Shown here: positions 18,956 through 28,210 of the stretch, in pieces | Layout: every line of letters begins with the position of its first letter | How positions within the stretch are numbered: position 1 is the first letter of the stretch | Virus record (IMG/VR): IMGVR_UViG_2706795545_000001 | Source: a virus | Direction: 5' to 3' (one strand) | Length of the DNA: 64,000 nucleotides | Position numbers and translations under genes: made by a program | Notes under the pieces: model-generated | What the model was told of the DNA's origin: nothing | Seen by the model: the letters and a program-made list of their open reading frames with translations, nothing else | The model's database searches: none

Positions 18956-19080
18956 CTTTTGACACCTGAGACCCCACCCTTACGGACGGGATAGTTACGC
19001 ATGGAATCTCAAGTGTGCAAATTTAACGATTTTGCTTCGCATGAAAACACAGATGTGATTTCAATAGAAGGAAAAAACAG

Positions 19081-22000
19081 TCACTTACTTGATATCCATA
19101 ACGCATAAACTCCTATAACAAACGACACTATCTCAGTAGGTATTATTATAGGCGATGGGAATCCTAACTGCAATAATCCAGGGGCAATAAATACTGCATA
19201 TGTTATACCTCCCATTCCCATTAGCCTTAGGTCGTTTCTTAATAATGCAGATAATGCGAAAGAGCCGAAGAAGAGGAATACTAGGATACAGCCGAAAGGT
19301 GCAAGAGGAGTACCGCTCAAAGCACAATGTACTGCTTTTTTGACATTACAATAGAAGTTATGTAATTGAACAGGACATAGGGTAAACTTGATAGTCTCGT
19401 TTAACGCAGAGATGCATACTGTTGACGTAGAATTAACTACAGGTATCTTAACTATGCTATTTACTGGGACTGTCTCATCTACTATAGTCTTCCCATTACA
19501 TGTAATTTTGAAAGTAACATCGAATTTGGCAGACGTATTGTAATCGTATAGATAGAAGTACGCACCAGACGAATTAGTGAAAGGCAAAGCGTACATTACA
19601 TTATTATATTTTACAATTTCTGGGTACGTAGGTATATCCAAAGTCAGACTTAGACTCCCGTTATATTCTATTTTCATACTATTAGGCTCTATAACTACGC
19701 ATGAGGATGATGAAGAAGAAGAAGGTGGTGGTGTAGAAGTTGTTGACGGTGGTGGAGGAGGTGGTGCAGTAGTAATATAAGAAGGCAAGACAAACGTACT
19801 TGCAGAACAAAGTATTATAGTAGGGTCTTCATATATGAAAGACCCGCTTTGTGGCATACCAGTGTCTGTAACTATCTCCGAATATCTGGGTGCATCTATC
19901 TCAAACCCATTAGAAGTCGCATCAAATATCACGTAAGGACAGTTCAATATTACTAACACTGCAGACTTTGAAGTAGTATTAACATATGCAAAACTGCTTG
20001 CAACAAAACCAGAGCCAGGTATAACTATGCTATTAAATCCAGAAGATAATTTAGTTTTACATACGCATACTACAGTCTCATTAATTATATAATTGAGAGA
20101 ATACGGAGAGTAGAATGTATTTACATTAGTTGCACCTCTTTGTGTGACTAACGGAATTGAGTTGACGCCGAAGTAGGAGACGTAGAATAAGTTACCAATA
20201 TCGCCTCTTATTCCCACATAACCTATCCAACTCCACGGGAAAGGAATGTTTAAATTTACGGAGTAAGCCGTTGAGTTAATGTACACAGTAGACACAGTAA
20301 CGTTACCCGCTGAATTCTCCGTAAGGATTACAGTCATTGTGAACGGGTAGTTAGGGTTGGGTTGAGGCAGAGAAGAGTCAGGCTGTCCCCAACCAGATGT
20401 TGGAGTGTGGTAGAATATTGAGTTTCCATAGAAGTCAACTAATAACACGTAAAAACCACTCGCACCGTCATATGACTGGTCTCCTACGTTAGGTGAGAGG
20501 ATCTCAATACCAGGATTGCCATTTCTGGATGGGAACGATGTCACGTGAATGGTTATGTTAATGACGTTTGATATTGGTGAATATTTCCAGGCTATGTACT
20601 GACCATAAATACTTGCTCCAGTACTGTTTATCACCAGTTCTCCATCTTCCCAGTAAGGATAGACCCTCCAACTTGTACTTTCAACTGTTGGAATGTTCGC
20701 ATAAATCTGGTTACCTACAGCTAACGTAGTTAGGAATAACGGTATGTTGTAACTACCCGCAGTAGAGTAGAAGCCGTAGTAATACCAGTTCTCACCGAGA
20801 GTTGCCCCTATCACTGGTACACCGCTTTCAAACATCTGTGTGTTGACTGTGAAAGTTAGGGAAGAAGCAGTAGTCTTTATCTCGTTAAACGTAGCGTTGT
20901 ATGGTGTTACCCCAGCCGTTGAGGAAGGTATGAAGTTATCTGGGAATACTACAGTTGAAGTACCAGTCAGCCCGCTTAGTGTAATTGTATTACCGCTTAC
21001 ACTACCGCTCTTTACTGTCCCGTTCACGAGGAAGTTCGGGACGGTATTCGTAGAGAGAGAGACGGAAGTCCACGCACCTATTGAAGGGATGACTGTACCG
21101 CTACTCACCGTAACGGATCCAGAAGTAGTCCATATATTTATGACGCCGAAGTTCGCGTTAGTCGAAATCACGGGGTAGAGCGTGGTCGTTGAAGTAAATG
21201 AAGGTGAGAACATGGGGAGAGGAGACTGAGAGTTTACAATCGGTGCTGGTGATACGTAAACGTCGTAGCTGATAGGGTATGGGAAGACTGCTACGTAAAC
21301 TGTGCCAGTGTAAGGTGTGTTTGTGGTAGGGTTGGTAACAAGAGAGTATGCGTCTAACATCTGTGTAACGCTGAAATAGGAAACGTAGAATAAGTCATTC
21401 CAATCGCCTCTTATTCCCACGTAGCCTATACATTTCCACGGGAAAGGAGTGTTTACATTTACGGAGTATGCTGTGCCGTTAATGTACACAGTAGACACTG
21501 TAACGTTACCAGCACTGTTCTCAGTAAAAATTACAGTCATTGTGAACGGATAATTAGGGTTTGGTTGAGGTAAAGAAGAATAAAGCTGTGTGAAACCAGA
21601 TGTTGGAGAATGGAAGTATATCGAGTCACCATAGAAGTCAACTAATAACACGTAGAAACCACTATCACCATCACTAGTTTGGTCTCCTATGTTGGGTGAA
21701 AGGATATCGATACCAGGATTACCATATCTGGATGGGAACGATGTCATGTGGATAGTTATGTTGATAACGTTACTTACTGGTGAATATCTCCAAGCTATGT
21801 ATTGACCATAAGTACTTGCCCCAGTACTATTCACTACTAGTTCGCCGTTCTGCCAATATGGATAGATTTTCCATGACGTAGACTCCACGTTGTTTACAAA
21901 TTGTTCATCATTGTAATAGGGAGAAGGAGAGACGCTGAAGTAGGAGACGTAGAATAGGTTATTGATATCGCCTCTTATCCCTATCCAATAAATTTGGTTC

Positions 22001-22728
22001 CACGGGAAGGGTATGTTGATATCAGGAGAGCTGTAGAGCGTCCCGTTAACGTAGATCTGTGATATTGTTATATTACCAGCACTGTTCTCAGTGAGGATTA
22101 CGGTTTCTGTAAACACTTTACCCATCAAGTTAGGTATAGAAGAGGAAGAAATTGGTGAAGTTACACCAGATGTGGGAGTTTCATACTGATAATAACCAGA
22201 CCACTGTATTGCAAGCCAATAATAATTACCACTTTGAACATCAGAAGTCGTAGACGGATTTGCCGAGAATATATCAATACCAGGATTATAATCCTGTTCT
22301 GGGAACGATGTCACGTGGATGGTGACGTTGATGGTGTTACTTACTGGCGAATATCTCCATGCAATATACTGCCCACCATTACTTGCTCCAGTACTATTCA
22401 CTACTAGTTCACCATTTTCCCAATATGGATAGGTTTTCCATGATGTGGACTCCACGTCGTTCACAGTGGGTGTCGTTTGCGGTAGTTGTTGTTCGTATGC
22501 GTACAGCTGTCCCGTCAAGTTAGGGTATTGGAAGAAACGTATGTTTGAGCCTAGTTGGTTTATCGCTGGTAACGTCGTATTTAAGATGAACGGGTTTGAA
22601 GACACACTAATGCTCCCAACATATGCTGAAGCTGAAGGTGGCGTTTGTGAATTAGTGACAATTGTTGGTGCTAATTCAATTAAGAATAACAGGAATAGGA
22701 TACCAACCAGTGCTTTCTTCTTGTCCAT
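19081..22728 (-). CDS. large secreted, membrane-anchored virion/adhesin protein with three lectin-like repeats (1215 aa)
   Basis: Signal peptide MDKKKALVGILFLLFLIELA (start 22728, not 22806). Three ~180-aa repeats VESTSW..YPYW.NGELV.NSTGAS..GQYIAW.YSP. P/S-rich linker, many N-x-S/T sequons, C-terminal TM helices. Confidence 0.8.
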   Translation of the reverse strand: MDKKKALVGILFLLFLIELAPTIVTNSQTPPSASAYVGSISVSSNPFILNTTLPAINQLGSNIRFFQYPNLTGQLYAYEQQLPQTTPTVNDVESTSWKTYPYWENGELVVNSTGASNGGQYIAWRYSPVSNTINVTIHVTSFPEQDYNPGIDIFSANPSTTSDVQSGNYYWLAIQWSGYYQYETPTSGVTSPISSSSIPNLMGKVFTETVILTENSAGNITISQIYVNGTLYSSPDINIPFPWNQIYWIGIRGDINNLFYVSYFSVSPSPYYNDEQFVNNVESTSWKIYPYWQNGELVVNSTGASTYGQYIAWRYSPVSNVINITIHMTSFPSRYGNPGIDILSPNIGDQTSDGDSGFYVLLVDFYGDSIYFHSPTSGFTQLYSSLPQPNPNYPFTMTVIFTENSAGNVTVSTVYINGTAYSVNVNTPFPWKCIGYVGIRGDWNDLFYVSYFSVTQMLDAYSLVTNPTTNTPYTGTVYVAVFPYPISYDVYVSPAPIVNSQSPLPMFSPSFTSTTTLYPVISTNANFGVINIWTTSGSVTVSSGTVIPSIGAWTSVSLSTNTVPNFLVNGTVKSGSVSGNTITLSGLTGTSTVVFPDNFIPSSTAGVTPYNATFNEIKTTASSLTFTVNTQMFESGVPVIGATLGENWYYYGFYSTAGSYNIPLFLTTLAVGNQIYANIPTVESTSWRVYPYWEDGELVINSTGASIYGQYIAWKYSPISNVINITIHVTSFPSRNGNPGIEILSPNVGDQSYDGASGFYVLLVDFYGNSIFYHTPTSGWGQPDSSLPQPNPNYPFTMTVILTENSAGNVTVSTVYINSTAYSVNLNIPFPWSWIGYVGIRGDIGNLFYVSYFGVNSIPLVTQRGATNVNTFYSPYSLNYIINETVVCVCKTKLSSGFNSIVIPGSGFVASSFAYVNTTSKSAVLVILNCPYVIFDATSNGFEIDAPRYSEIVTDTGMPQSGSFIYEDPTIILCSASTFVLPSYITTAPPPPPPSTTSTPPPSSSSSSSCVVIEPNSMKIEYNGSLSLTLDIPTYPEIVKYNNVMYALPFTNSSGAYFYLYDYNTSAKFDVTFKITCNGKTIVDETVPVNSIVKIPVVNSTSTVCISALNETIKFTLCPVQLHNFYCNVKKAVHCALSGTPLAPFGCILVFLFFGSFALSALLRNDLRLMGMGGITYAVFIAPGLLQLGFPSPIIIPTEIVSFVIGVYALWISSK

Positions 22729-22802
22729 AGTCAAAAGATATAAATCTGAGCTAAAAAATCTAAAAGTGCTAAAACTATTGCTGGGGTTTAGGGGTTTGGG
22801 CT

Positions 22803-24092
22803 TCATAGGATTTCATAATATTTAATATCAATCCTTAGCCCTTGGGCTTCAACAGAGTCACGGGGAAACCCGTTACCCCTCCGCCCCTTTAGCGGGATAA
22901 CCCCAACCCACAACCTTGGAATTCCAAGGATGTGGGGAAACCCGCACATCTTGAGGTATATGTTGAGAGATGCATTCAATTGCCTATCTAGAGTGAACCC
23001 ACACCTCTCACACCTAAAAGTCCTGCCGACCTTTCGGGAAACCCATCCACATCTGGGGCAGGACTTTGAAGTGAGGTGTGGGTCAACCTCCTTAACGAAA
23101 GAACCGTATAAGGGAGCCTTGTATTTAAGCACGCGATGAATTGTCCTCCATACAGTCCTTGAAACCTTCTTAGACAGCTTGTCATTAGCGTCTTGGAACA
23201 TTGACTGTTTATTCAACTTTTCAACAGCAAAAATCGTCACAGGATAAATTTCCAGCAACTTATTCACGAACTTGTGAACGTAATCCAACACGCGATTCCT
23301 CTCCCTATGAGAGTATTTCCTCATCAACACCTTCCCCTTCCTACCGTGTTTAGAGGCAAAGGACTGTATTCTACTCCTCTTCAGCTCCATACCGAATTTT
23401 AGGCTATACAACTCCTTCATCGAGAAAGTGATGAATTTCTCCCCATCATAAGCGTCCAATGTGTAAAGGTTACTATCAATAGATAGAAAGTCAAGGGGAG
23501 TTGACCAAGGTAACTTATAACGAAATGGTAGGTGAACCTTATCCTCCTTTATCACTGGCTCACCCAACTCAAGTCCTTCAACCCTTCTAGAGAACCATTT
23601 GTGAGACCAAGAGAAGGTGACGTATTCGTAAGGTCTTACTGTAATCCTTACGCTCTCACCCTCAACCTTCCTAAGAGTTGACTTAACCCTAACGTAAACC
23701 TTCCTCAGTGTTGGTTTCCTCAATGACGCTTGTCCTTTTTCAGCCCTCCTCCTCCAACTATTCAAGATTGAGTAAGCGTCGCTTATTGCCTTGTCAACAT
23801 AATGGGAAGCTAGCTTGTTAATCTTCTCTAACTCATCCCTTAACGTCTTGTAAACCTCCTTCTTCTTAGGCAGGGTTATCTTAATCTTCGTTAGGACTTT
23901 CTTACCTTTCTTTACTTCCTTCCTCTCTATCTTAGTCCTCTCCCATAACCAGTCTAGAGCTTTCTGCAATAGGACTCTGTAATTCTCCAGTAGTATTTTC
24001 GTCTCCTCCTTCTTATTATTCTTCAGAGAGTACGTTAGGTAAACGTATTCCTCTTGTGGTTGAAAGTTATTAAGCCTTAAGTTCTTCAACAC
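22803..24092 (-). CDS. tnpB: TnpB RNA-guided endonuclease
   Basis: RuvC-I LSIDSN, RuvC-II AVEKL, Zn finger CPRCG..CERCG, RuvC-III DRQLNASLNI all intact. Confidence 0.9.
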   Translation of the reverse strand: MLKNLRLNNFQPQEEYVYLTYSLKNNKKEETKILLENYRVLLQKALDWLWERTKIERKEVKKGKKVLTKIKITLPKKKEVYKTLRDELEKINKLASHYVDKAISDAYSILNSWRRRAEKGQASLRKPTLRKVYVRVKSTLRKVEGESVRITVRPYEYVTFSWSHKWFSRRVEGLELGEPVIKEDKVHLPFRYKLPWSTPLDFLSIDSNLYTLDAYDGEKFITFSMKELYSLKFGMELKRSRIQSFASKHGRKGKVLMRKYSHRERNRVLDYVHKFVNKLLEIYPVTIFAVEKLNKQSMFQDANDKLSKKVSRTVWRTIHRVLKYKAPLYGSFVKEVDPHLTSKSCPRCGWVSRKVGRTFRCERCGFTLDRQLNASLNIYLKMCGFPHILGIPRLWVGVIPLKGRRGNGFPRDSVEAQGLRIDIKYYEIL

Positions 24093-24654
24093 ACTTCTTC
24101 ACCTTTTCGTATTTGTGACTCCTCATTCCGTAGAGTTTTCCACTGAATGATACTAGGATCGAGATCAAATCTTCGATTAGTTCTTGTTCTGGTGTTTTGT
24201 CCTCCTTGTTTATCACCACTATCTCGCAGTTGTGTGCTTTGCATACCTCCTCAAGTATCTCGAAACCGAACCTTACTAATCTGTCGGGATAAGCTACAAC
24301 GACCTTTGAAACTTCGTTGTTTAGTATCATTTTCAGTAATTTGATGAATCCTTTTCTCTTCATGTTTAATCCAGATCCAATGTCTGTTATTACTTGGTCG
24401 TAGTCCTTAACATTCTCCTCCAAGTATTTTACTTGGTTTATTAAATCATCTTTCTGCGTGTTTGATGATACCCTAGCGTATAATACTACTTTCCTCTTCC
24501 TAACAATCCCCATCAGTCTTTCGACGTCTTCTTCCTTGAACCTCCATTTCCCGCTCTGTAATATCACGGGTTTTATGTACCCTTTCTTAACGTATTCTCT
24601 GAGTGTTGCGTATGAAATTCCTAGTCTTTGGCACACTTCTTTAGGTCTTAGCAT
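24070..24654 (-). CDS. tnpA: IS607 transposase (MerR-like HTH + serine recombinase)
   Basis: MLRPKEVCQRLGISYATL HTH, YARVSS catalytic Ser, DIGSG, DRLVRFG. Confidence 0.95.
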   Translation of the reverse strand: MLRPKEVCQRLGISYATLREYVKKGYIKPVILQSGKWRFKEEDVERLMGIVRKRKVVLYARVSSNTQKDDLINQVKYLEENVKDYDQVITDIGSGLNMKRKGFIKLLKMILNNEVSKVVVAYPDRLVRFGFEILEEVCKAHNCEIVVINKEDKTPEQELIEDLISILVSFSGKLYGMRSHKYEKVKKCVEELKA

Positions 24655-24804
24655 TGTATGAAATTTTATGACGAAATAATATAAACTTTACGGTTTATCT
24701 GAAACTGCTAACAACGGCTTCGATCTGAAGTGCATGGAGCCTCTTTTCTGAAATCACAGTTGTGATAACAAACTACAAACCTTCGTCCCCTCTAGAGTAA
24801 GAAG

Positions 24805-25200
24805 TCAGAACAATTTTTCTAGAATTATGCTCGTAGGTAGCTCTTTTTTAACTATGTACACTCCAGGCAATGTGGCTTCTTTAGTTCCGAACACTAAACG
24901 TAATATATTATTTCCTTCGTTAAGCACGGTAGTTATAGGAAAAGAAGGGTTTACTAGTACTCTTGTTTTTGAAGTTATTTCTTTATATGGTGATATGGTA
25001 ATAAATAACGCGTCTGATAGATAAACATTAGTTATTAGCCCTACTATTGGTAAGTATACCCTAACATATTTTGGCACTTTTTGGAAATATACTGCAACAT
25101 CAATTCTTTGCTCATTTTTGAAGATTATTCTTTGCTCGTATTTTGTTTGCTCGCATATAGGACAAATTACAAACTTTTTTGACCTTATAAAGATACTCAC
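24805..25200 (-). CDS. hypothetical protein
   Basis: 131 aa with CPIC, coupled to the vWA gene. Confidence 0.6.
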   Translation of the reverse strand: MSIFIRSKKFVICPICEQTKYEQRIIFKNEQRIDVAVYFQKVPKYVRVYLPIVGLITNVYLSDALFITISPYKEITSKTRVLVNPSFPITTVLNEGNNILRLVFGTKEATLPGVYIVKKELPTSIILEKLF

Positions 25201-26294
25201 ATTATTATTTTATTCTTTAGCTCTTTTAAATCATTGACGGTGACATAAAGACCACCAGTGCTTTTAGTTATTGTAACTAACCTTTCGTTGTAAACCCCGA
25301 AGAGCTGTATTACATTGAGTATTATCCTTTTTGCCTTAAGTTTTGTAATAATGTTCCCGCTTATTTCGTCTAACGCATCGGTTATTAGGAGGACGGAACT
25401 TGCAGGTTCGGCTATTTCAATAAATTGTGATAATGAGTATTCTATATCAGTGACCCCTTCTGCTTCGATTTTCAGGAATCTTTCTAAAGATTCCTGAGTT
25501 TTAAGTTCAATTATTTCCCTTAATGCCTCGTTAAAGAAACCTACCCTTACCTTATATTTATTTATCAAAGAATTCTTAACTACTGCAAGTGCTATTGCCT
25601 TTGCAGTACTTAATCTGTTAAGTACGGACATGCTCTGTGAGGAATCTATAAGCACATATACGGATGGGAAACCTTTAGAATATCCTGGATATTTTTTGAA
25701 CCCGTTGAGTAGCTTATATATTAATATATCATCGTCTATAAGTGCAAGTGCCTTCTCATTTCTATTTGCATCGTAAAAGTTTTGTGTGAAGTCTAATCCC
25801 TCAAAACCTGGGTAAATTCCGTTTATTTTTGTGTTACTACCTATGCTTCCTTCTATTATTTTCAACCCTCTAATTATGTCTTTAACGTTAGGTATCTTCT
25901 CAAGTTTTTGCGGGCTGATAAAAACTCCAGAATACTTATACAGAACATATGCGGTCTTCTTTTGTTCGTGGTATTTGTTTATTACTTCCTGTATTATTTC
26001 ATACGCGTCTCCCTTCTTTCCTCCTTTCAAACTGAGTATTATTAATGCGGATATTCTAATCAGATAATCGTCTGGTAGTTCGCTCTCTAATATAACACGT
26101 AGTATTTCTTCATTCTCTCTGAAGAATTCATTTATCTTTTCAACGAGTTTTTTCCCTTCTTCTGTAACTTCCTTACCTTTTAGTATGAAGAAAACGTCTG
26201 CTATAAGTTCTGCAATAGTGTCGTCAATTCTGTACTTACTCTTTATCATCGATAAAGCTTTCTCCATCTCCTCCTTCTCTACTTTTGTCCACAT
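25197..26294 (-). CDS. von Willebrand factor A domain protein (MoxR co-chaperone)
   Basis: MIDAS motif LIDSSQSM, G.TDI, LLITDA. Confidence 0.85.
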   Translation of the reverse strand: MWTKVEKEEMEKALSMIKSKYRIDDTIAELIADVFFILKGKEVTEEGKKLVEKINEFFRENEEILRVILESELPDDYLIRISALIILSLKGGKKGDAYEIIQEVINKYHEQKKTAYVLYKYSGVFISPQKLEKIPNVKDIIRGLKIIEGSIGSNTKINGIYPGFEGLDFTQNFYDANRNEKALALIDDDILIYKLLNGFKKYPGYSKGFPSVYVLIDSSQSMSVLNRLSTAKAIALAVVKNSLINKYKVRVGFFNEALREIIELKTQESLERFLKIEAEGVTDIEYSLSQFIEIAEPASSVLLITDALDEISGNIITKLKAKRIILNVIQLFGVYNERLVTITKSTGGLYVTVNDLKELKNKIIM

Positions 26295-27231
26295 TTATTC
26301 TCTTCCTCGATAAGGACTGTATAAGTGTAATATAGTTTTCCCTAATAGTATTATAAATATTGTAAATATTGTCTGGTAAATACTTGGAAAATATCCCTTC
26401 CCTTGACTTATAAGGTACAACGTTACCGTTTGCGTCAAGTTCGTTGTACTCAACATAATAACTAACGAAACGGTTTCTGCTAGTTTTTGTATACATTCTG
26501 TATCTGCTGTAATCGTAACTGCTAACACCAAGTGCTATCCCAGTGAACCTGTCTATATCATTAACTTTCGTTAGTATTATTCCTTCCATTCTTTTAATTG
26601 TTGAGTTCAACACTGCAATGTCTGTAGGAAGAGTCATAACCAATGTCATTATATTGCTCCTTATCAACGTTAATAGGTTAGATGTATGAACGTACAAATC
26701 CCTATTTGTAAAGTATACGTTAGTGGAGAACAATAACTGAGCGTCGTCTATTATATAATAAGGAGACCTCAGTCCATGCTCCTTAAGGAATTCTATAAAA
26801 TTATTCAACTCTATTGGGTCAATGCCGATATGATACAGGGTTATAATGTAATTAATGAACCTTTCCTCGACAGGAAGGTTTTCATTCATATCGTTGAGTG
26901 CATAGATATTAGCACCAGCCTTAATTGCCAGTACGGACTTCCCAACTCCTTGACCACCTACTACGACAACTAACCTCTGTACTTGTATCCTCTTTCTATA
27001 CCCCTGAAAACACATCCTCACAAATGGTGTAAGAGAAGGGACTATTTCGCCGTTCTTTGTCACAAACCCAGGAGTGATTAAAATGCTCAACTCACCGCTT
27101 CTTAGGGAAGTATAAAGGTAATCCAAATATCTTAACAGTTTTCCTCCCATCGCGTTCTCATAATCTACATAAAGGAACCCTTTATCAGGGTCTCTGTCTT
27201 GAATTACAAAATCTCCGATTTTAACTTCCAT
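26236..27231 (-). CDS. P-loop NTPase
   Basis: Walker A VVVGGQGVGKS, Walker B YIIDDAQ. Confidence 0.75.
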   Translation of the reverse strand: MEVKIGDFVIQDRDPDKGFLYVDYENAMGGKLLRYLDYLYTSLRSGELSILITPGFVTKNGEIVPSLTPFVRMCFQGYRKRIQVQRLVVVVGGQGVGKSVLAIKAGANIYALNDMNENLPVEERFINYIITLYHIGIDPIELNNFIEFLKEHGLRSPYYIIDDAQLLFSTNVYFTNRDLYVHTSNLLTLIRSNIMTLVMTLPTDIAVLNSTIKRMEGIILTKVNDIDRFTGIALGVSSYDYSRYRMYTKTSRNRFVSYYVEYNELDANGNVVPYKSREGIFSKYLPDNIYNIYNTIRENYITLIQSLSRKRINVDKSREGGDGESFIDDKE

Positions 27232-27592
27232 AAATATAGTCGAGTTTCACTTGCATATAAACAGATTTCTCGCCACCCTTACCACTTATCCTTATGTTTA
27301 CTACAGATATTACAATTGTATAACAAAACGTATGGATCCTGAGTATCGGTACTTCACCCTTGCATTTAAGCAGGGACTTCAATGCCAACTCCTTCCTATT
27401 CTCCTGTATGAACTCTACTCTATAAGCTCTGTCAAAATCATGAGGTATAATGTCCTTTAACAGATTCTTTATCTTTTTCCTAATTTTCCTTATTGAGTAT
27501 ACACCATGTTTTGAGAAGCATTTGAGTATGACATAAAATTGGTTTAAACTAATATTTATTTCACGTATCGATGAGAGTAATTGAGCCTCCAT
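27221..27592 (-). CDS. hypothetical basic protein
   Basis: 123-aa ORF overlapping the NTPase start. Confidence 0.6.
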   Translation of the reverse strand: MEAQLLSSIREINISLNQFYVILKCFSKHGVYSIRKIRKKIKNLLKDIIPHDFDRAYRVEFIQENRKELALKSLLKCKGEVPILRIHTFCYTIVISVVNIRISGKGGEKSVYMQVKLDYIYGS

Positions 27593-27661
27593 TGTTTAGA
27601 AAAGTTATATAGAAGTATATAAGAAGAGCTGGAGTGGAAAGAAAACACAAAAAATTTACCT

Positions 27662-28153
27662 TTAGAATTTTACGTTGAACTTCTGGAATATTATTCCTAC
27701 TAATAGGAATATTACAGCTATTATTACTACTGTAAATAGTACGTCCTCAACTGTTGGCAAACTGTTTACAGACCCCACTATCCCGTGTACTACTGCAGTG
27801 CTTAAGTTATACTGTGCTGATCCTGGAGAGTATGAGGATGGGTTAATTTCGTTCAGCAATTGTATTCCAAGGAACCCAGAAACGAAGAATACCATGACGA
27901 AGATTATTACTAAAGCACCAACAACTACAGCAACTGTTTTTACAGTCTCTATATGATTCTTTACGTCGCCATTATCTCCACCATTACTGGAATATATAAG
28001 TCTCGCTCTTATTGTTGCTAGGTAGTTATGGTACTTGTTGGCAAACATTGACACCGCTTTGTGTATCATGCTTAGCAGTAAATTATAGTACACTATGTAG
28101 ATTGCATAGACTATGAATAACACAGGTTTTACCTGATTGCTTGACCTATTCAT
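27662..28153 (-). CDS. two-TM membrane protein (probable virion component)
   Basis: Two long hydrophobic helices. True start probably downstream of the track start. Confidence 0.65.
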   Translation of the reverse strand: MNRSSNQVKPVLFIVYAIYIVYYNLLLSMIHKAVSMFANKYHNYLATIRARLIYSSNGGDNGDVKNHIETVKTVAVVVGALVIIFVMVFFVSGFLGIQLLNEINPSSYSPGSAQYNLSTAVVHGIVGSVNSLPTVEDVLFTVVIIAVIFLLVGIIFQKFNVKF

Positions 28154-28210
28154 TTGCCTTCAGTATGAAAACAAATTCTTCGTTTAAAAATAGATATGCA
28201 GTAAACCTCG

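Larger units (their letters stand above)
22780..24720 (-). mobile_element. IS607-family insertion sequence (tnpA + tnpB)
   Basis: Overlapping serine-recombinase tnpA and tnpB. Ends are approximate. Confidence 0.85.
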
